A DNA stretch of 64,000 nt, from positions 52,977-116,976 of the forward strand of contig CASEKF010000042.1 in the NCBI GenBank assembly GCA_949288455.1. Direction: 5' to 3'. The DNA is from an uncultured bacterium (GTDB taxonomy: Bacteria > Vulcanimicrobiota > CADAWZ01). Made by a program: the position numbers and the translations under genes. Position 1 is the stretch's first letter; each line of letters opens with the position of its first letter. The notes under the pieces were generated by a model. That model ran no database searches. It was given only the letters and a program-made list of their open reading frames with translations, and was not told the origin of the DNA. Of the stretch, positions 10,960 through 21,400 are shown piece by piece.

Positions 10960-12699
10960 ATGAATAATCTGTCTTCTTCGGTAGCGATATCCGGTCAGTC
11001 TTATTCTCAGCGGGATAAAAACTTGAATTTAGAGCATGCGCTTCAAGACGAAAAGCCTGCGCTTAAAAAGATTGCCGATTATTTTGAGCCCAGAGAAACT
11101 ACAAGCGGGGATTTAGAGTACTCTTCTCCTAAAAAAGCAGCTTTTGCCGGAGGCGTGAAAGGTCTTTTTTCCGGCGGTATTACCGGAGCCGCCGCAGGCG
11201 TTTGCGGCGGATATGTCGGCGTTAGGGTTGGAGAAGAAACGGGGTCCATGACTAAAGCTCTTGCTGCCGGCGGCGCAGTAGGAGCCGGAACTCTTATAGC
11301 CGGAAGTTCGCTTCTTGCTTCCGCCGCAGGCGGAGCTTCAGTCGCAGCGTCGGTCGGGGGCTTGGCGTTGGCAGGAGCAGTCGGAGGAGGATTGGGAGCC
11401 GCGATTAAGCAAGTACAAAATAATAGCGAAACTGAATTAAATCCTAGTGTTAAAACTTTAGCTCCGATAGCCGTGGGAGTTGCGGCCGGAGCTGCCGCCG
11501 GAGCGATATCAGGGCCGGTAGGAGCCGTTGCCGGAGCCGTTGTGGGCGGATTGTCAGCCGCTTTAAGTAAGCCGGTAAGCGACGAAAAGTCTGCGGGGAA
11601 AGCTTCTCTTCTTTCCGCCGCGGTTTCTGCGGGAGCCGGAGCCGTGACCGGAGGAGTCCTTGCAGCGGCTTCTTCTTCAAACCCTATTAATGGGGCTAAA
11701 GCACTTTCGGCCGTCGGATTATTGGGTGGTTTAACGGGAGCTTCAGCCGTTATTTCCGGAAGCCGAGAATCTGATATTAGGGACGCTTCTGCGGGAGGAT
11801 TTACAGCCGCCGCTTTAACCGAAGCTTTTACGGGTTTGGGCGGAGGAACTGTGAGCATGGCCGCTTCTATAGGCGGCGCAGTAGGAGCTCGTTTTGAAAA
11901 TAAGGCCGGAAAGGTTATTGCGGCAGGTTTAACCGGAGGAGCTTTAGGCGCCGCAGGAGGGGCTTTCGCAGGTCCGGTAGGCGCGGCTTCGGGAGCGACT
12001 TTAGGCGCGGCTACGTCTATTGTCGGAGCCGTGGGCGGTCCTAAAGTTCAGCAAGGAATAAGGAATTTTACCGAAGATCTTCAAAAAAAGATACAGCCTT
12101 TTTCTGAAAAAGTCAGTTCTTTTATTATAGATAAATTGGGAGAAGAAAAAGGTTTGACGGCCGTTGGAGCTATTACCGGAGCTCTAGGTTCCATTCCGGT
12201 AGGATTGCTGGCCGGAGCCGTTTTGGGGCCTATAGGCGCGGCTGCGGCTTTAGCCGTATCCGCCATTGCCGGAGGATTTAAATTCTCCAATATAGCTAAA
12301 GAACTTTCCGATTTAAAAACGGTTAGAAGCGAAATGGCGGCTAAAGGTCCTTCGCTTGAAGATATTAATTCTTATATGTGTCAGGCCGCTTTTAAAAAAA
12401 TAGAGCCTCAATTGGCAAATTTATCTCCTGAAGAGAAAAAAGAGTTTTATGAAGAGCTTTATAAACAAAGTTTTGTAGAGTTAAAAACTAAAGAAAAAGA
12501 AATTAAAGAAGCTGCAAAACAGCTTGCCGACGCCGTTTACGCCGAGTTGAAACCTATGCTTGGCGAAATAGACGATAAGGAAGATAAACAGAAATTTATC
12601 AGCGGGCAGATTTCTTCTTCAAAACCTGTTTTAACTAATCTTATGGCCGAGTATACCGTATCTATGCTTCAATCTTCAGCTTCTTCGGCCTCTGAGTAA
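10960..12699 (+). CDS. Gly/Ala-rich glycine-zipper protein, paralog 1 (function unknown)
   Basis: Start moved to ATG 10960 (AAGAGG 10 nt upstream; the track start at 10930 is TTG). About 580 aa. N-terminal motif E(Y)SSP..GVKG..GG..G and VGEETGSxxKAL, a long run of GxxxG/AxxxA repeats, and a charged helical C-terminus. No signal peptide. The antisense ORFs 11079-11858 and 12081-12290 are compositional artefacts. Confidence 0.6.
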   Translation: MNNLSSSVAISGQSYSQRDKNLNLEHALQDEKPALKKIADYFEPRETTSGDLEYSSPKKAAFAGGVKGLFSGGITGAAAGVCGGYVGVRVGEETGSMTKALAAGGAVGAGTLIAGSSLLASAAGGASVAASVGGLALAGAVGGGLGAAIKQVQNNSETELNPSVKTLAPIAVGVAAGAAAGAISGPVGAVAGAVVGGLSAALSKPVSDEKSAGKASLLSAAVSAGAGAVTGGVLAAASSSNPINGAKALSAVGLLGGLTGASAVISGSRESDIRDASAGGFTAAALTEAFTGLGGGTVSMAASIGGAVGARFENKAGKVIAAGLTGGALGAAGGAFAGPVGAASGATLGAATSIVGAVGGPKVQQGIRNFTEDLQKKIQPFSEKVSSFIIDKLGEEKGLTAVGAITGALGSIPVGLLAGAVLGPIGAAAALAVSAIAGGFKFSNIAKELSDLKTVRSEMAAKGPSLEDINSYMCQAAFKKIEPQLANLSPEEKKEFYEELYKQSFVELKTKEKEIKEAAKQLADAVYAELKPMLGEIDDKEDKQKFISGQISSSKPVLTNLMAEYTVSMLQSSASSASE

Positions 12700-12712
12700 G
12701 GAGTCGTTAGTT

Positions 12713-14044
12713 ATGAATTCCGTGAACATATCCGGATCTAGTCAGCCTGAGACGCGCGTTTGTAACGACGTAAAGAGGGACGGAAATTTAAAAAATAAAA
12801 TAACTGAAAAAATAGAAGATATTTTTGAACCGAAGCCGGACACTTCCGGTAATAAGATTTATTCTTCGCCTTTAGACGCCGCTTGGAGCGGAGTAAAAAA
12901 AGGATTTACCGCCGGAGGATTGGCATGCGTTCCTTCCGGAGTCTTAGGAGGCATAGCCGGAACGAGAGTTGGAGAGGAAACCGGCTCCCTTGCTAAAGCG
13001 TTGATCGCCGGATCGACGGTAGGAGCCGGAAGCGTTTTTTTAGGCTCCGGCTTATTAGAGGCTGCAGCCGGCAATTCTGTTATGGTTTTAAACGTTGGAG
13101 CTATGGCCGGAGCCGGAGCCGTTGCCGGAGGAGTTGGCGCGGCAATTAAGCATTTATCTGCTTCAAAAGGCATAGAATCTGCCTTTATAAAGAAAGTTCT
13201 GCCGGTTTGTGCCGGCGTTGCTTCAGGAGCTGCTCTTGGAGCTATAGGAGGGCCTATTGCGACGGCTGCAGGAGCCGTTATAGGAGGCGTTTCAGCCGCT
13301 TTGAGCCGTCCAAGCGAGGGTTTTGAAGGGGATGTTAAGGGAACTGTTAAAGCTTCTCTTCTTTCTTCCGCCGTAGCCGGCGGGACAGCCGCCGTAGCCG
13401 GAGGACTTTTGGCGTCGGTTTCGGCAGATCCTTCGGTCGTTTCCGATACCGTTAGGAATCTGGCGATAGCCGGAGGCCTGGCGGGAGGAGCCGCTTCCGT
13501 TTCGGGAGCCAGGCTTTCGGAAATGAAAGACGGAGCTTCCGCCGCTTCAAAGGCCGTGTCTATAGCTTCTGCGTTGTCTTCCGGGAAAGTAGGCGGCTTA
13601 ACGTCTTTATCTTCGTCGATTGGAGGAGCTATAGGCTTGCGCGCCGATACTGTTCATGGAAAGGCGTTGCTTTCCGGTTGCGTAGGCGGAGCCGTAGGAG
13701 CTGTTTCCGGCATAGCCGCAGGCCCCGCAGGCATGGTTGCCGGAGCGATTTTAGGAGCGGTCGCTTCTTCTATAGGAGCCTCGGCAGGCCCTAAATTAAA
13801 ACAAGCCGTTAGGAATGTTAAAGAAGCCGTTTTAGATAAATGCGAACCCGTCTTAATTAAAATTGACGGTAAGCTGGAACAATTCATTGATAAATTTGAA
13901 GGACCGGCGTCTAAGGTTTTGGGCGAAAAAACTGGAGAAAAGTTGACGGAATTTGTAAAGGAAAAAATAGACGATGCCATAGATCCAAAACCTATAGATT
14001 TGGAACAGTATGATTTAGATAAACCTTATAATAAAAAAGAATAG
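12713..14044 (+). CDS. Gly/Ala-rich glycine-zipper protein, paralog 2 (function unknown)
   Basis: 443 aa. RBS TAAGGAG lies 13 nt after the paralog-1 stop. Shares the N-terminal YSSP / VGEETGSLAKAL motifs and the Gly-zipper core with paralog 1. Confidence 0.6.
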   Translation: MNSVNISGSSQPETRVCNDVKRDGNLKNKITEKIEDIFEPKPDTSGNKIYSSPLDAAWSGVKKGFTAGGLACVPSGVLGGIAGTRVGEETGSLAKALIAGSTVGAGSVFLGSGLLEAAAGNSVMVLNVGAMAGAGAVAGGVGAAIKHLSASKGIESAFIKKVLPVCAGVASGAALGAIGGPIATAAGAVIGGVSAALSRPSEGFEGDVKGTVKASLLSSAVAGGTAAVAGGLLASVSADPSVVSDTVRNLAIAGGLAGGAASVSGARLSEMKDGASAASKAVSIASALSSGKVGGLTSLSSSIGGAIGLRADTVHGKALLSGCVGGAVGAVSGIAAGPAGMVAGAILGAVASSIGASAGPKLKQAVRNVKEAVLDKCEPVLIKIDGKLEQFIDKFEGPASKVLGEKTGEKLTEFVKEKIDDAIDPKPIDLEQYDLDKPYNKKE

Positions 14045-14071
14045 TCGTTGAATACTTAATTAACGATATGG

Positions 14072-14404
14072 TTAATGACTAAAGTCAAGAATTTGTATTC
14101 GGTTAGTCGTATTTTTTGAAATAAGTTCTTTTATTTTCGCGGCGAATGGACATGGGTAACCTATTGGCGTTCCCTTTTTTACGCAAGAGGCTAATGCTAT
14201 TGTTTCCGCTCCGCGTTCAATCAGAGTTTTTGCGCGTAAAACGGCTTTTTTGCCCGGGCATCCTCCGCAATTAATAAATCCGATTATATCTATCTCTTCT
14301 TTTATTTCGCCGAACGCTCCGGTTTTTTCCCTTATCGCTTGAAAGCATCCTGTCCCGGGACAATAATCTTCGGTTTGTAAACATCTGATAATTCCTATTT
14401 TCAT
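14072..14404 (-). CDS. CGGC-domain small Cys-rich protein
   Basis: 110 aa containing CPGTGC, GFINCGGCPGKK and other Cys, consistent with the CGGC domain family. AGGAG RBS present. Confidence 0.5.
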   Translation of the reverse strand: MKIGIIRCLQTEDYCPGTGCFQAIREKTGAFGEIKEEIDIIGFINCGGCPGKKAVLRAKTLIERGAETIALASCVKKGTPIGYPCPFAAKIKELISKNTTNRIQILDFSH

Positions 14405-14416
14405 TTTATCTCCTTA

Positions 14417-14450
14417 TAAAAAAGGCGGCTATCGCTCGGCCGCCTTTTTT
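14417..14450 (-). terminator. Rho-independent terminator after the GAF-protein gene
   Basis: GGCGGC-tatcgctcg-GCCGCC stem-loop flanked by A-run and T-run (aaaaaaGGCGGC...GCCGCCtttttt). Confidence 0.55.
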
Positions 14451-14457
14451 ATTTTGT

Positions 14458-16002
14458 TTATTCCATGCCTCTTGAGAAACTGTCGTAATATATGAATACG
14501 TCGTCTACAAGCGCGTTATATTTTTTAGTTAAAGCTTCGTATAATCTCATGTTTTCGAGCGCCGTAGCCGCGGAATTAGCTAAGATTCTGAAGAATTCGA
14601 TTTCGCTTTCCGAAATCGAGGAACCGTGACGGCGTCCGGATACGAAGCAGATCAGTAATCCGAGGTTCCTTTCTTTCGATATTATCGGAATTCTAATGAT
14701 CGAGCCTATATCTAATTCTTTGCATTTATCTGCTATATGCATGGTGTTAGTAATATTTTTGAAAGAGACCTGTTCTTCATATAATTCTTTCTCGGAGCGT
14801 TCGACATAATATTCTTGTATAAGATGCAGGAGTTCTTCCGAAATATTGCCATGGAATGATTTTAAGGATAATTGAGTTTTTCGAGGATTCCAGGTAAGCA
14901 ATGCGCAGCCGATTGAGTCCGTAGCTTCCGCCGCGCCTATTACTATTTTTTTGAAGACTTCCTCTTTATTTAGACTTTTATTCATAGCCGACGTTACCGT
15001 CGATAATTTTTGCAGCCTTTTTAATTGATAAGCGTTTTGAATAGCCGTAGCCGTTTGATTGGCAAGCGTTTTTAGATAGTTGATTTCATCTTCTGAGAAA
15101 AAATATTTATGAGCCGTATACACTCTGAAAGTACCGAAGATTTTTTCCGAAGACGAAAGAGGCAAACATAAAACCGATACTACGCCTTCTTGCTGAGCCA
15201 TTTCCGCTCTTTTAAATCTGGGATCTTTCGAAATCTCCGGAATGTATATTTCTTTTCCATTCATGACTTCTTTTTCAATAGGCATTTCGTCTATTGAATG
15301 ATAACCCGTAGCAAGAAATACTTCGCCTAATCCCCAAGACGCCATAAGTTCCATCTGATGATTATTCGCATTATACAACCTTATGGATGATCCTTTTAAA
15401 TTGAGAATATCGGAAGCGTATACTACTGTAGTTTGCAGAATATCGTCTAAATTTGTAGACGATATTATCTTTTGCGAAAATTCTACTAACGTTTTGCTTC
15501 TTTTTAAGGATTTGAAAGTTTCTATGGCTATGGCGGCTTGAAGCGCAAGTCTTTTAAATGTTTCTATTTCTTCTTCGGAAAACGAAGTTTGTTTGAACGA
15601 ATAGCCTCTTAAGACGCCTAGAGAATAAGTGGTGGTTTTGAGAGGAGCGGTTATTATAGCTTGGATATTTTCTCTTGTAACGTAGTCGAAATATTTAAAT
15701 TTATCCTCTTCCGCTATAGTCGCTACAATAGTTTCTCCGTCTATGAAAACTTTTCTTCCCACTTCGCTTTCAGAAAGGAGAATATCTCCTTTCTTTATAT
15801 AAGCGTCGCTTAGACCGCAGTGAGCCGCTACTTCAAGTCTTTCGCATTTTTTGTCGATTATTCTGATCATAGCGGCGTCTATGCAAGGAAGTTCCGCGGT
15901 TATTTTATTTACGATGCCATCTATAACGCTTTGGTATGAGTCAAGAGAATTAATCTTATGGCATATTTCGCATAAGCCAAAATGGTTGCTTGTGCAGGTC
16001 AT
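14458..16002 (-). CDS. Multi-GAF-domain protein without a recognisable output domain
   Basis: 514 aa with three tandem GAF-like segments and an N-terminal Cys cluster (CEICHK). Confidence 0.6.
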   Translation of the reverse strand: MTCTSNHFGLCEICHKINSLDSYQSVIDGIVNKITAELPCIDAAMIRIIDKKCERLEVAAHCGLSDAYIKKGDILLSESEVGRKVFIDGETIVATIAEEDKFKYFDYVTRENIQAIITAPLKTTTYSLGVLRGYSFKQTSFSEEEIETFKRLALQAAIAIETFKSLKRSKTLVEFSQKIISSTNLDDILQTTVVYASDILNLKGSSIRLYNANNHQMELMASWGLGEVFLATGYHSIDEMPIEKEVMNGKEIYIPEISKDPRFKRAEMAQQEGVVSVLCLPLSSSEKIFGTFRVYTAHKYFFSEDEINYLKTLANQTATAIQNAYQLKRLQKLSTVTSAMNKSLNKEEVFKKIVIGAAEATDSIGCALLTWNPRKTQLSLKSFHGNISEELLHLIQEYYVERSEKELYEEQVSFKNITNTMHIADKCKELDIGSIIRIPIISKERNLGLLICFVSGRRHGSSISESEIEFFRILANSAATALENMRLYEALTKKYNALVDDVFIYYDSFSRGME

Positions 16003-16041
16003 TTAAATCACCTCTTCTCTCTTTTATATTGTTAAAAAGAT

Positions 16042-16473
16042 TTATTTTTCTTTTTTGTCGGAGCTTCTTTTTAATAAATTAATATAAAGAGGCATGGTCG
16101 CGTCTAGTTCTTCGTCAATCCAAATCCTAATGGAATATTCGCCTTCGTCTTCAAATACGGGACCGTATAACGGGAAAATTTCGTCATGTCTAAGTTCTTT
16201 TATATCTACATTTTCCGGAACTTTTGGAACGTCAAAAAAACCTTCGAGTTTCATAAGCTCTTTTTCCGAATCGTCTATCATATCAAGTTTGAACGAATGT
16301 TTTTTCCCGGATTCGATCGGATCTATTAATACCCTTAAAACTATATATGCATGAGGAATTCTGACCGGCAGTTCGTTTACTATAAGCCTGTCGTATATGC
16401 CCATTATGTTTAATTTGCCTCCTACCGCTCTAGAAGCGTAGTCGCATAAAAGCAGAAAACCTGTTGTAGCCAT
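16042..16473 (-). CDS. Hypothetical protein (143 aa)
   Basis: ORF with no recognised motifs. Likely co-transcribed with the GAF gene. Confidence 0.4.
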   Translation of the reverse strand: MATTGFLLLCDYASRAVGGKLNIMGIYDRLIVNELPVRIPHAYIVLRVLIDPIESGKKHSFKLDMIDDSEKELMKLEGFFDVPKVPENVDIKELRHDEIFPLYGPVFEDEGEYSIRIWIDEELDATMPLYINLLKRSSDKKEK

Positions 16474-16493
16474 TGTTTAATCTCCTTAGATGA

Positions 16494-18302
16494 TTATTTT
16501 TCTTTTGTTTTTAAGACGGCAAGAAAAGCTTCCTGTGGAATTTCGACGCTGCCGATAGTTTTCATGCGTTTTTTGCCTTCTTTTTGTTTTTCTAATAATT
16601 TGCGCTTTCTTGATATATCCCCTCCGTAACATTTAGCTAAAACGTTTTTTCTAAGAGCGGATATCGTTTCTCTGGCTATGATTCTTCCGTTTGCCGCAGC
16701 TTGGATAGGTATTTGAAACATATGTCTCGGTATCGTGTCTTTTAAGTTTTCCGTAAGACGCTTCGCTGCTTCGTACGCGTTATCTTTATGTACTATCAAA
16801 CTTAAAGCGTCGACTTTTTCCGAATTCACAAGTATCTCAAGTTTGATAAGAGGAGCTTCTTGATATCCTATAATTTCATAATCTAAAGAGGCGTATCCTT
16901 TCGTGACGGATTTAAGTTTATCAAAAAAATCTGTAATTATTTCTCCAAAGGGAATTTCATAAGTTATAATAAATCGGTTGTCCATGTAACAGGTCATATC
17001 TTTGTAAATTCCGCGTTTTGATTGGCATAATTCCATCACCGGGCCGACAAAGTTTTCGGGTACTATTATCACCGCTTTAACCAAAGGCTCTTCTATATAT
17101 TTAATTTTAGTAGGATCGGGAAGTTCCGATGGGTTTTCTATATCTAAGATTTCTCCGTTTGTAAGATATACTTTGTACACTACGGAAGGAGCTGTCGCTA
17201 TAATATTCAGTCCGTATTCTCGTTCTAGTCTTTCCTCGATGATTTCCATATGAAGAAGTCCTAAAAAACCGCATCTGAAACCAAAACCAAGAGCTATAGA
17301 TTTTTCCTGTTCAAAGACAAGCGCCGCGTCGTTAAGCTGAAGTTTTTCCAGAGCGTCTCTTAAAGTTTCGTAGTGGACGTTTTCGACAGGATAAATTCCG
17401 CAATAGACCATCGGCAAAACTTCTCTGTAACCCGGCAAAGGCTCGTTAGATCCGTTTTCAGCCAACGTAACGGTATCGCCGACTCTCGTATCTCTAATAT
17501 CTTTGATTTGAGCGATTAAATATCCTACGTCTCCGGCTTTTAATTCTTCGGTTTTTTTCATGTCAGGAGTAAATATTCCAACTTCGTCTGTTTCATAACA
17601 TTTATCCGTTGACATGAGCTTGATCATGCTTCCTTTTGATATGCTCCCGTCTATAATTCGTATGAAGAGGACGACTCCTCTGTAAGGATCGTACTGAGAA
17701 TCAAAAATTAAAGCCCTGAGCGGAGCGTCTTCGCGTCCGTCGGGAGAAGGAAGTTTCTCTACCAGAGCCTTTAGAACTTCGTCTGTTCCTATTCCTTCTT
17801 TTGCGGATATTAAAATAGCGTCGTCCGCAGGCAGAGCTAAAACGTCTTCTATTTCTGTTTTTACTCTTTCCGGATCGGCTATGGGAAGATCTATTTTATT
17901 GATGACGGGAATAACTTCCAGCTTATTTTCTACGGCTAGAAAGTAATTCGCCATCGTTTGAGCTTCTACTCCTTGGGACGCGTCTATTATTAATACCGCT
18001 CCTTCGCATGCCGCCAGACTCCTGGAAACTTCGTAGGTAAAATCGACATGTCCCGGAGTGTCTATAAGATTAAGCTGGTAAGTCTCGCCGTCTGAAGATT
18101 GGTAATAAATAGTTACGGGATGAGCTTTTATCGTAATGCCTCGTTCTTTTTCCAGCGCCATTTTATCAAGTACTTGGGCTTCCATATCTCTTTCCTTTAT
18201 CGTGCCCGTCGCTTCTAAAAGCCTATCGGCAAGCGTGGATTTGCCATGATCTATATGCGCTATAATGCAGAAATTTCTGATTCTGCTCATTCTTTCGTTC
18301 AT
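16494..18302 (-). CDS. lepA: Elongation factor 4 (LepA)
   Basis: N-terminus [28 protein letters not shown], and the LepA-specific C-terminal domain. 602 aa. Confidence 0.9.
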   Translation of the reverse strand: MNERMSRIRNFCIIAHIDHGKSTLADRLLEATGTIKERDMEAQVLDKMALEKERGITIKAHPVTIYYQSSDGETYQLNLIDTPGHVDFTYEVSRSLAACEGAVLIIDASQGVEAQTMANYFLAVENKLEVIPVINKIDLPIADPERVKTEIEDVLALPADDAILISAKEGIGTDEVLKALVEKLPSPDGREDAPLRALIFDSQYDPYRGVVLFIRIIDGSISKGSMIKLMSTDKCYETDEVGIFTPDMKKTEELKAGDVGYLIAQIKDIRDTRVGDTVTLAENGSNEPLPGYREVLPMVYCGIYPVENVHYETLRDALEKLQLNDAALVFEQEKSIALGFGFRCGFLGLLHMEIIEERLEREYGLNIIATAPSVVYKVYLTNGEILDIENPSELPDPTKIKYIEEPLVKAVIIVPENFVGPVMELCQSKRGIYKDMTCYMDNRFIITYEIPFGEIITDFFDKLKSVTKGYASLDYEIIGYQEAPLIKLEILVNSEKVDALSLIVHKDNAYEAAKRLTENLKDTIPRHMFQIPIQAAANGRIIARETISALRKNVLAKCYGGDISRKRKLLEKQKEGKKRMKTIGSVEIPQEAFLAVLKTKEK

Positions 18303-18428
18303 AAAAACCTCGGGAGATTTGCCGGTAATACTTCTCTAAACGGCGGCTGCCGAGCTATAACATAGTAGCTGCAGCCGTCGTTTTTAGGAAAAGTATAATT
18401 TCATTTATGAAGCTATTTTTTCCTTTTT

Positions 18429-21400
18429 TTATTTAATTTCAATTTCTGAAGAATTAGTGTTTCCGAATACGTCCGGAGAGTACATCATAGAGGCTTTAGC
18501 CGGGTACATAGTATATTTCCCTTTATATGAGGCTTTTATAAGATACGTAAACAGATGTTCTCCTTTGGTAAGCTTTGAAGCGAACGCTACGGCTCTATCG
18601 GAATAATATTGACGGTGATCAAAAGCGCCGTATCCGCTTTTAAGTTGAGTCATCCGTATTGAATTAAGCATATGTCTATAGAACTCGCTTTCCGTTTCGA
18701 GGGACACGTCTATAATTTCGAATCCTGCGGGAACGCTGTCCGTAAGAACTACGTTGTTTCTGTTATGCATAGCGTTGACAGATATCGTTACTTTATAAAT
18801 TTCTCCTTCTTTAAAACTTTCGCTGAATGTTTTTTGTCGTTTTAACGGCTCTATAGACTTCATGACGGTAAAGCCTCTGTCTAAAGCTTGAATTTCTCCT
18901 TGCCGTTCCCAACTAATCTCTCCGGAATAGTACATTGTCCCTTTATTCTCTTTTTCAAATACTATTTTCGAGGGATTCTCCGTTAATTTAGTCTCGGCAA
19001 AAATGCAATTGTTGTCGTATCCCAGCGGCTGCCAAGCGGCGATAGCTTTACCGTTTAATTTTACCGAGGCTTTGAACGTTTCCGAAGACATTCCCCGGAG
19101 TTCCATAGATTTAGCCGCAGCCGTTAGAGCTAGCGCATTTTCATGCGTGTTTTGCCATCTGTCTTTGTCATTTTTCTGTTCGTTCAGCCAAATAAGTATT
19201 TTGTCTGAATTTGGGAAAAATCCAAAAGTTTCGAGCAATGATATATATATTAGAGAATTTGCGGAGACGTCGGATTGATAAAATTCCGGTATGACGTCGT
19301 CAGCCGCGAACCAGGCCGCTTTGTTTTCTATGACCAGTTTATTGAAAATTTGTCGTTTTAAGTCCTGCTTAATATTTTCGTATTGCGGTTGTTCGCCAAG
19401 CGTTCTCATGAGCAGAGCTTTTCCTTGAATACCCAATTTATCGGAATTTTGTATAAGTTTATTTCTAGCCGAGTCGTTGTTTACTCCTAATAGCCCCAAA
19501 ACATAAATAGCATAGGCTTTTAGGAAGTATTTGCCTTTTTCGTTTTCAACTTCCCATTTTTCGTCTAATTTTCTGCGGACTATAGATTGGAGATAGTATA
19601 TTCCGGCATTTTTCAGTTCGTTTGGCGCCTTATATTTATTTGTGTCTAACTTTCCTATTACATGCATAACGTAGCAAGAAAGGAAGTCAGACGATTTGCC
19701 TTCCGACGGCCACATTCTGAAACCTCCGTCGTAATTTTGTCTGTTGGCCGTTTGATTTAACCATGTATTTATGTTGTCATTGACCCTTTCTTCGCAATTA
19801 AGATATTGAGCTAATTTTGCCGTCATAACATGTGGAACTGCCATTGACGTAATTTGTTCCAGACAATCGTATGGGTAGCCGACGAGATACTCGTAAGATT
19901 TTCTTAGACTTTCATATGCGCAGGAAGACGCATATACTTTAAGTTGCGCGTCTCTTGCTTTAGGTTCGTCTATCGATATTGTTTCTTCCAGGCAAGTTTT
20001 TGACGTCATGCCCGCAAACGCAAGGGTAAAGTAAGCGTTTTGCGCCGGTCTGATTGAAATTTGCGTCTTTAAAATATCCGGTTGAAAGTCCGAATCCATA
20101 TTTTGAGGTTCGGTTTTGAAGATTAAGTCCGCGCTTCCGTTTCGTATTGCTTTTAGGCTGAATAGAGCGACTTCTTCTTTGTTTGGCTTGATATTTAAAA
20201 TTTTACTGTTAGACGAATCTAAAAGTTTCATGTCTTTTTGATCTAAAGTCACTTTTAACGACGCGCTTTTTGCAGTATTGTTGATTAACGTCACTCCGCA
20301 CAGAATTTCGTCTCCTATATGAGCGAAAGAAGGAGCCGCAGCTTTTACGACTATAGGCGAGCTTACCGTCGCTTCCGCTTCGGCTAATTCGGAGAATTTG
20401 TTTTCAGAATAACCTATGGCCATAATGTCGAAGGAGGTTAGACTGTCTGGCATGTTAAACGATACGTCAGCTTTGCCTTCTGAACTTATGGTAACGGCCG
20501 GATTCCAGTAAGCTACGTCGGCGAAGTTGTCCCTTATAAGCTCCGAGTTGTCTCCTCCTCCGCCGTAGTCGCCTTTTTCCTTATACGAAGCCGAAGAAAT
20601 TAGATTTGTTTTTGAACAGAATATATTGGAATTAAGAGATAGGGAACCGTAGAATTTTTTGAAGAGATTCGGAAGTTCGTAGCCCGTAAGAGCAAGAGTT
20701 CCCTTGTCTATTACCGCTATCGAGACTTCTCCTTTGGCGGGATTTCCTTTTTCATCTTTAAGCTCTATTTTTACCGTGGCTTTTTCTCCCGGTTTATACG
20801 TTTGTTTATTCGGAGAGACGGAAATATATAATTTGTTTGAATTTGACGCTACGTTTACTTGCGCGTATCCTACTTTAAACTCGCCGCTGGAGCTTCCGTC
20901 TGTAATGTCAGGAAGTATTAAAGCCGATACGAAGAATCCGGGGATCTCCCGCGGCGTTATCGGGATCTCTATTATCGTAGAGTTTCCTTGTATTTTAACA
21001 AAGTCTTTGTATAATACGGAATCTCCTTCGACAGTTATTATCGCTTTGGCCGATTTATAAGGAGACGGTATAAAAATTTGAGCTTTTTCTCCCGGTTTAT
21101 ATGTTTTTTTCGAGCAGGTTAACTTAATTACCGGAGAATCTTCCTGTTCCCAGCTTGATATCCCGTAGCCGCTCGCATAGAATCCGGCTTCCGAGATCGT
21201 TTCGACTCCTTTTTTATCTTTGCCGGAAACTTTTACTATATAGTATCCCGGCTTTTCCGGAGTAAAATCAAAATTATATTCCGCTTCCGTAGCGTTTAAC
21301 GTTTTTACAACCGTATCTTTCTTTTCGTTAATCCATGAACTTCCGTTTTCTATAACTTCTTTTTTTACGCTTAACCATTCTCTTTTTAATATTTGTATAG

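Noticed and set aside
11079-11858. 259-aa minus-strand ORF (Pro/Ala-rich), plus 12081-12290, 12859-13173 and 13654-13980 antisense ORFs
   Set aside because: These are antisense to the Gly/Ala-rich genes. GC-rich GGN/GCN codons give open antisense frames, and the products are low-complexity P/A runs. They were treated as artefacts.
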